A stretch of 20,435 nt of DNA from a candidate division WOR-3 bacterium (lineage in GTDB: Bacteria > Hydrothermota > Tepidihabitantia > Tepidihabitantales > JAOUPE01): assembly GCA_039801565.1 (NCBI GenBank), contig JBDRUX010000039.1, positions 1 to 20,435 on the forward strand, given 5' to 3'. The first letter of the stretch is position 1; every line of letters starts with the position of its first letter. Below, in pieces: positions 17,163 through 20,435 of the stretch. The translations under genes and the position numbers were made by a program. The notes under the pieces were generated by a model that saw nothing but the letters and a program-made list of their open reading frames with translations, was not told where the DNA came from and searched no databases.

Positions 17163-18266
17163 ATGAGATGTCCATTCTTAGAAGAAGTAGTTGTGAGATA
17201 CTGCAAGGCTTCGTCAATTAAGAAAATGATTCCAACGCCAAGCCTTGTCTCGGACGACCCTTGTATCGGTTGTCCAGAAAAATGTGCTACCTATCAAGAA
17301 TCGGCTCTTATTAAACCAAACCAGCAAAATATTCAAGCTAAGAGCTTGAAAGAGGAGGTCAGAGTGAAAGAGACCAAGCAAGATTTAAAGGAGTGCATTT
17401 GGATGAAAGCAGGCGTCATCGCTTATCGCCTTTGCACTTCCAATTATGATTGTAAAAATTGTGAATTTGACCAGATGCTAACCGATTCCAGTCGTTCGGC
17501 TGGTGATTCACCAATGATGAAAGAAGCGATTGAGAAATTAAGAAAGATGCCGCCGGAAAAAAGGAAGTGCCGTTATATGCTAACCGGTGATATCTCCTTT
17601 AAACTTTGTGCTAATAATTATGAGTGCTGGCATTGTCAGGTTGACCAGATGATTTCGGATTTAATCGAAAGTCATCCGCTCTTGGTTAAGAAGCGGGCAA
17701 AGCGCGAAGAAAAGGTCGAAACCGTGCGCGGCTTTGCCTTCCATCCCAAGGCATACTACCAACCCAATCATATCTGGCTAAAGATTGATAGGGATAATTC
17801 AATTAAAATCGGTATTGATGACTTTGCAGTAAAAATCTTGGGTGATTTGGAAAAGGTTACCCCAGTGGTAAAAGGTGAAGAATTGGCACTTGAAGCCCAT
17901 ATTTCCACACCCTCAGGCAGTCGAATCTTTCAGCTACCAGTTATGTTCTCAGGTAAGGTTATCAAGACCAATGAAGAGGTTTTAGCCAATCCGAAACTGG
18001 TGCAGAGAGACCCCTACGAAAAGGGCTGGCTATTTATGGTTGAGAACGAAAATCTCACCGACACCCTCGTTCAATTGCTGCACGGCGATGCCGCCAAAAA
18101 TTGGTTGGAAAAAGATTTTGATAATCTCAAACAAGCACTACAAGAAGCGTGTGAGATTACCATCGCTGACGGGGGTGAGTTGGTCTCGGATTTCCGAAAT
18201 CAACTTTCCCCAGAACTAATAACTAAATTAGTAACAAAATTCCTTATCGAAAGAAAGGAGAAATAA
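17163..18266 (+). CDS. Cys-rich GcvH-like protein lacking the lipoyl lysine
   Basis: GcvH fold motifs (HIWLKI, IGIDDFA, SGKVIKTNEEV, DPYEKGWL) preceded by three Cys clusters. Start moved from 17148 to ATG 17163 because of SD AAAGGAAG and the predicted TSS near 17147. Confidence 0.85.
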   Translation: MRCPFLEEVVVRYCKASSIKKMIPTPSLVSDDPCIGCPEKCATYQESALIKPNQQNIQAKSLKEEVRVKETKQDLKECIWMKAGVIAYRLCTSNYDCKNCEFDQMLTDSSRSAGDSPMMKEAIEKLRKMPPEKRKCRYMLTGDISFKLCANNYECWHCQVDQMISDLIESHPLLVKKRAKREEKVETVRGFAFHPKAYYQPNHIWLKIDRDNSIKIGIDDFAVKILGDLEKVTPVVKGEELALEAHISTPSGSRIFQLPVMFSGKVIKTNEEVLANPKLVQRDPYEKGWLFMVENENLTDTLVQLLHGDAAKNWLEKDFDNLKQALQEACEITIADGGELVSDFRNQLSPELITKLVTKFLIERKEK

Positions 18267-18267
18267 G

Positions 18268-20181
18268 ATGTTTTTATTACTACCGATTTTATTACCGCTT
18301 TTAGTCGGCTTAATAACCCTTTTCTATCCGAATCAAGAACTGAAACCCGGGAAAAATCCGGTATTTTTTGTCTCGCTTCTAACTATGATTTTATCATTTA
18401 TTGCCGGAATCATCATCTTTGCTTCGGGCAAAACCATCTACAACCTACAATTAATTCCAGCGACCGACTGGTCAGGTCCGGGTATTAACTTTGACTTAAT
18501 CGGCTATCACTTCTCTAATTTCATTCTTTTGGCTTCGCTCTTTTTCGGACTATTAATAACTATCTACGCCTATAAACAAAGGCAGAAAAACTTTTTCAGT
18601 TATTTATTGATGACCATCGGTGCTTCATCTTTGGCGATATTGTCTAATAACTTGGTTGTCTTGCTCTTAGCCTGGGGCGGTGTGGCAATTCTACTTTATC
18701 TTCTGATCGGTTTGGGCAAGCGCAGTTCGGAAAATGCTGCCAATAAAGCGCTGGTAATGGTTGGGGGCTCAGATGTCCTAATGCTTTTGGGCGCCGCTAT
18801 CATCTATTTTCAAACCGGAACTTTAACAATGAGCGAAATCTCAATTCCAATTCAGGGCACGCTGCCAATCATTGCCTTTATTCTCTTATTGATCGGTGCT
18901 TTGACCGAGGCCGGGGCAATGCCATTCCATTCTTGGATTCCGGATTCTGCCGAATATGCCCCAGTACCAGTTTTAGCTTTTCTACCAGGAGCATTAGATA
19001 AACTTTTGGGAATCTACCTTCTGGCGCGAATTTCTTTTGACCTATTTAAGGTGTTACCGGGTTCGGCAATGTCAATCCTCCTAATGGTCATTGGCAGCGT
19101 AACGATTGTCGCAGCGGTTTCAATGGCATTGGTGCAAAAGAATCTCTTAAAACTCTTAAGTTTCCATGCCGTATCCCAGGTCGGTTATATGGTTTTAGGC
19201 ATCGGCACCGGGGTCCCATTAGGAATTATTGGCGGTTTATTCCATATGTTAAATAATGCAGTCTATAAGTCCTGTTTATTCTTGTGTGGCGGTGCAGTTG
19301 AAAGTCAAACCAATGAAACCAACTTAGAAAGATTGGGCGGATTGGCTCGATTTATGCCTATCACTTTTACTACCTGTCTGGTTTCGGCTTTAGCCATCTC
19401 AGGAATTCCGCCACTCAATGGCTTTGTCTCAAAATGGCTGATCTATCAAGGTGTCATTGAGTCAACAAGAATTCAATCCTTTTCGGTAATATTCTTATTA
19501 GCAGCGATGTTTGGTAGTGTTTTGACCCTGGCGTCGTTCTTAAAAGTTCTCCACTCTACTTTTCTTGGCGAAAAATCCAAAGAAATCGTGAAAGTGAAAG
19601 AAGCTGGCTTTGGTATGGTCTTACCAATGATAATCTTGGCTTTGCTTAGTATTGGACTCGGTGTTTTTGCTCAATACCCAATCCGATATCTCATTGGACC
19701 AATCGTAGGACCGCAAGCGGTTAGTGAACCGATTGGTTTATGGAATCCAACTTTGGCAACCGGCTTAATTTTAATTGGAATTGTCTTAGGATTGGTTATC
19801 CACAGTTTTCGGAGAGTTCGTAAAGTAAGAACTACTGAGGTCTTCATTGGCGGTGAAGCAGTCTCACCAGAATCACAAGCAGCTGTTTCGTTGCCCGACG
19901 GTGGTGAAACCTTAACCGGCGTGGTTGATATCAATGAAGCAAAGTTTCCTGGCACCTACTTTTACGACTCAATTAAACGAATGAAGTTAATTGATGAATC
20001 CTACAAGATTGCTGACCGGAAATTCTTCGACTTATACGAGAATGCGAAAAAACTGATTCGGGTCTTTATCAACGGATTGAAGAGAATTCACAATGGCATT
20101 TTGTCCAATTACTTGGGTTTTGTCTTCTTGGGTGGTTTGGTAATTCTTTTAATCTATCTGGTGCGAATTCTCTTCCGGTAA
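18268..20181 (+). CDS. MbxH'/HyfB/NuoL-like antiporter-like membrane subunit, copy 2
   Basis: Collinear paralog of 6022..7917 with long identical blocks (LLLAWGGVAILLYLL, AGAMPFHSWIPD, PVPVLAFLPGALDKLLGIYLLAR). SD AAGGAG; starts 1 nt after the GcvH-like stop. Confidence 0.87.
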   Translation: MFLLLPILLPLLVGLITLFYPNQELKPGKNPVFFVSLLTMILSFIAGIIIFASGKTIYNLQLIPATDWSGPGINFDLIGYHFSNFILLASLFFGLLITIYAYKQRQKNFFSYLLMTIGASSLAILSNNLVVLLLAWGGVAILLYLLIGLGKRSSENAANKALVMVGGSDVLMLLGAAIIYFQTGTLTMSEISIPIQGTLPIIAFILLLIGALTEAGAMPFHSWIPDSAEYAPVPVLAFLPGALDKLLGIYLLARISFDLFKVLPGSAMSILLMVIGSVTIVAAVSMALVQKNLLKLLSFHAVSQVGYMVLGIGTGVPLGIIGGLFHMLNNAVYKSCLFLCGGAVESQTNETNLERLGGLARFMPITFTTCLVSALAISGIPPLNGFVSKWLIYQGVIESTRIQSFSVIFLLAAMFGSVLTLASFLKVLHSTFLGEKSKEIVKVKEAGFGMVLPMIILALLSIGLGVFAQYPIRYLIGPIVGPQAVSEPIGLWNPTLATGLILIGIVLGLVIHSFRRVRKVRTTEVFIGGEAVSPESQAAVSLPDGGETLTGVVDINEAKFPGTYFYDSIKRMKLIDESYKIADRKFFDLYENAKKLIRVFINGLKRIHNGILSNYLGFVFLGGLVILLIYLVRILFR

Positions 20182-20265
20182 AGTTTCAAGGCGGTTCACT
20201 GTGTGACAATCTGGTGGAATAGCACCCTAAGATAACACTTACTAAATTCAGTGAAATAGCACAAC

Positions 20266-20282
20266 TCGGCAAAGCCGATTTT
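20266..20282 (+). terminator. Possible weak intrinsic terminator
   Basis: TCGGC-AAA-GCCGA followed by TTTT. A second hairpin TTCGAC-TGC-GTCGAA-CTTTT lies at 20309. Confidence 0.35.
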
Positions 20283-20435
20283 GAAAGAAAAAGAAAATTC
20301 TTTAAGAATTCGACTGCGTCGAACTTTTCCGCCATTTCTTGAAAAAAAACAACATCACAAAATGTTAGTTAAAACTAACACAAAAATCGAGCCGGATTTT
20401 CTTTTAACCTTTTGATATTTAAATGTCTTATATTT

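Noticed and set aside
17163..18266. Bona fide gcvH
   Set aside because: No lipoyl-Lys motif, about three times the normal length, and no gcv partner genes.
745..19955. Short alternative ORFs in the track (745-939, 1213-1398, 3072-3329, 3522-3704, 3995-4267, 4567-4815, 5452-5715, 7197-7520, 7576-7776, 8897-9127, 10168-10353, 13120-13347, 13408-13590, 14099-14290, 14453-14734, 19671-19955)
   Set aside because: They are antisense or out-of-frame shadows of well-supported genes and have no motifs. The similarity of 3522-3704 to 13408-13590, and of 7197-7520 to 19671-19955, just mirrors the paralogy of the sense genes.
20200..20270. CRISPR array
   Set aside because: Only two 12-bp imperfect repeats 37 bp apart, and no cas genes.
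20260..20330. c-di-GMP-I riboswitch (GGCAAA...GAAA look-alike)
   Set aside because: It lacks the paired stem around GAAA and the following GACGCAAAGC segment.

Overview
This is a bacterial, AT-rich window; the gene content suggests an anaerobe, but the lineage cannot be fixed from sequence alone. The left part holds a frameshift-split PlsY-family acyltransferase coupled to a GT2 glycosyltransferase, a lone rpmA, and a reverse-strand operon (PP-loop tRNA thiolase-like protein, NifU-C/Nfu, TPR protein). Next come an orphan pair of complex I/Mrp antiporter-like subunits (MrpD/MbxH-like and MbxH'-like) and a Cache-HAMP histidine kinase, an archaemetzincin and a sigma54 (NtrC-family) response regulator. 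The regulator's probable target lies about 5 kb downstream: a sigma54 promoter driving a Cys-rich GcvH-like protein lacking the lipoyl lysine, plus a second MbxH'-like paralog with a Lys-to-Glu change in a key channel motif. Between regulator and target is an apparent island flanked by decayed genes, including an IS110 transposase remnant. It carries an Rrf2-led operon: a second thiolase paralog, a CxxxC small exported protein, a membrane-anchored Cys-rich MtrA (corrinoid)-DUF4346 fusion, the deletion scar of a cysteine synthase/cystathionine lyase pair, and a CDF metal transporter. Five sigma70-type promoters all have 16-bp spacers, and three appear leaderless. All family calls are by motif recognition; no database searches were run.
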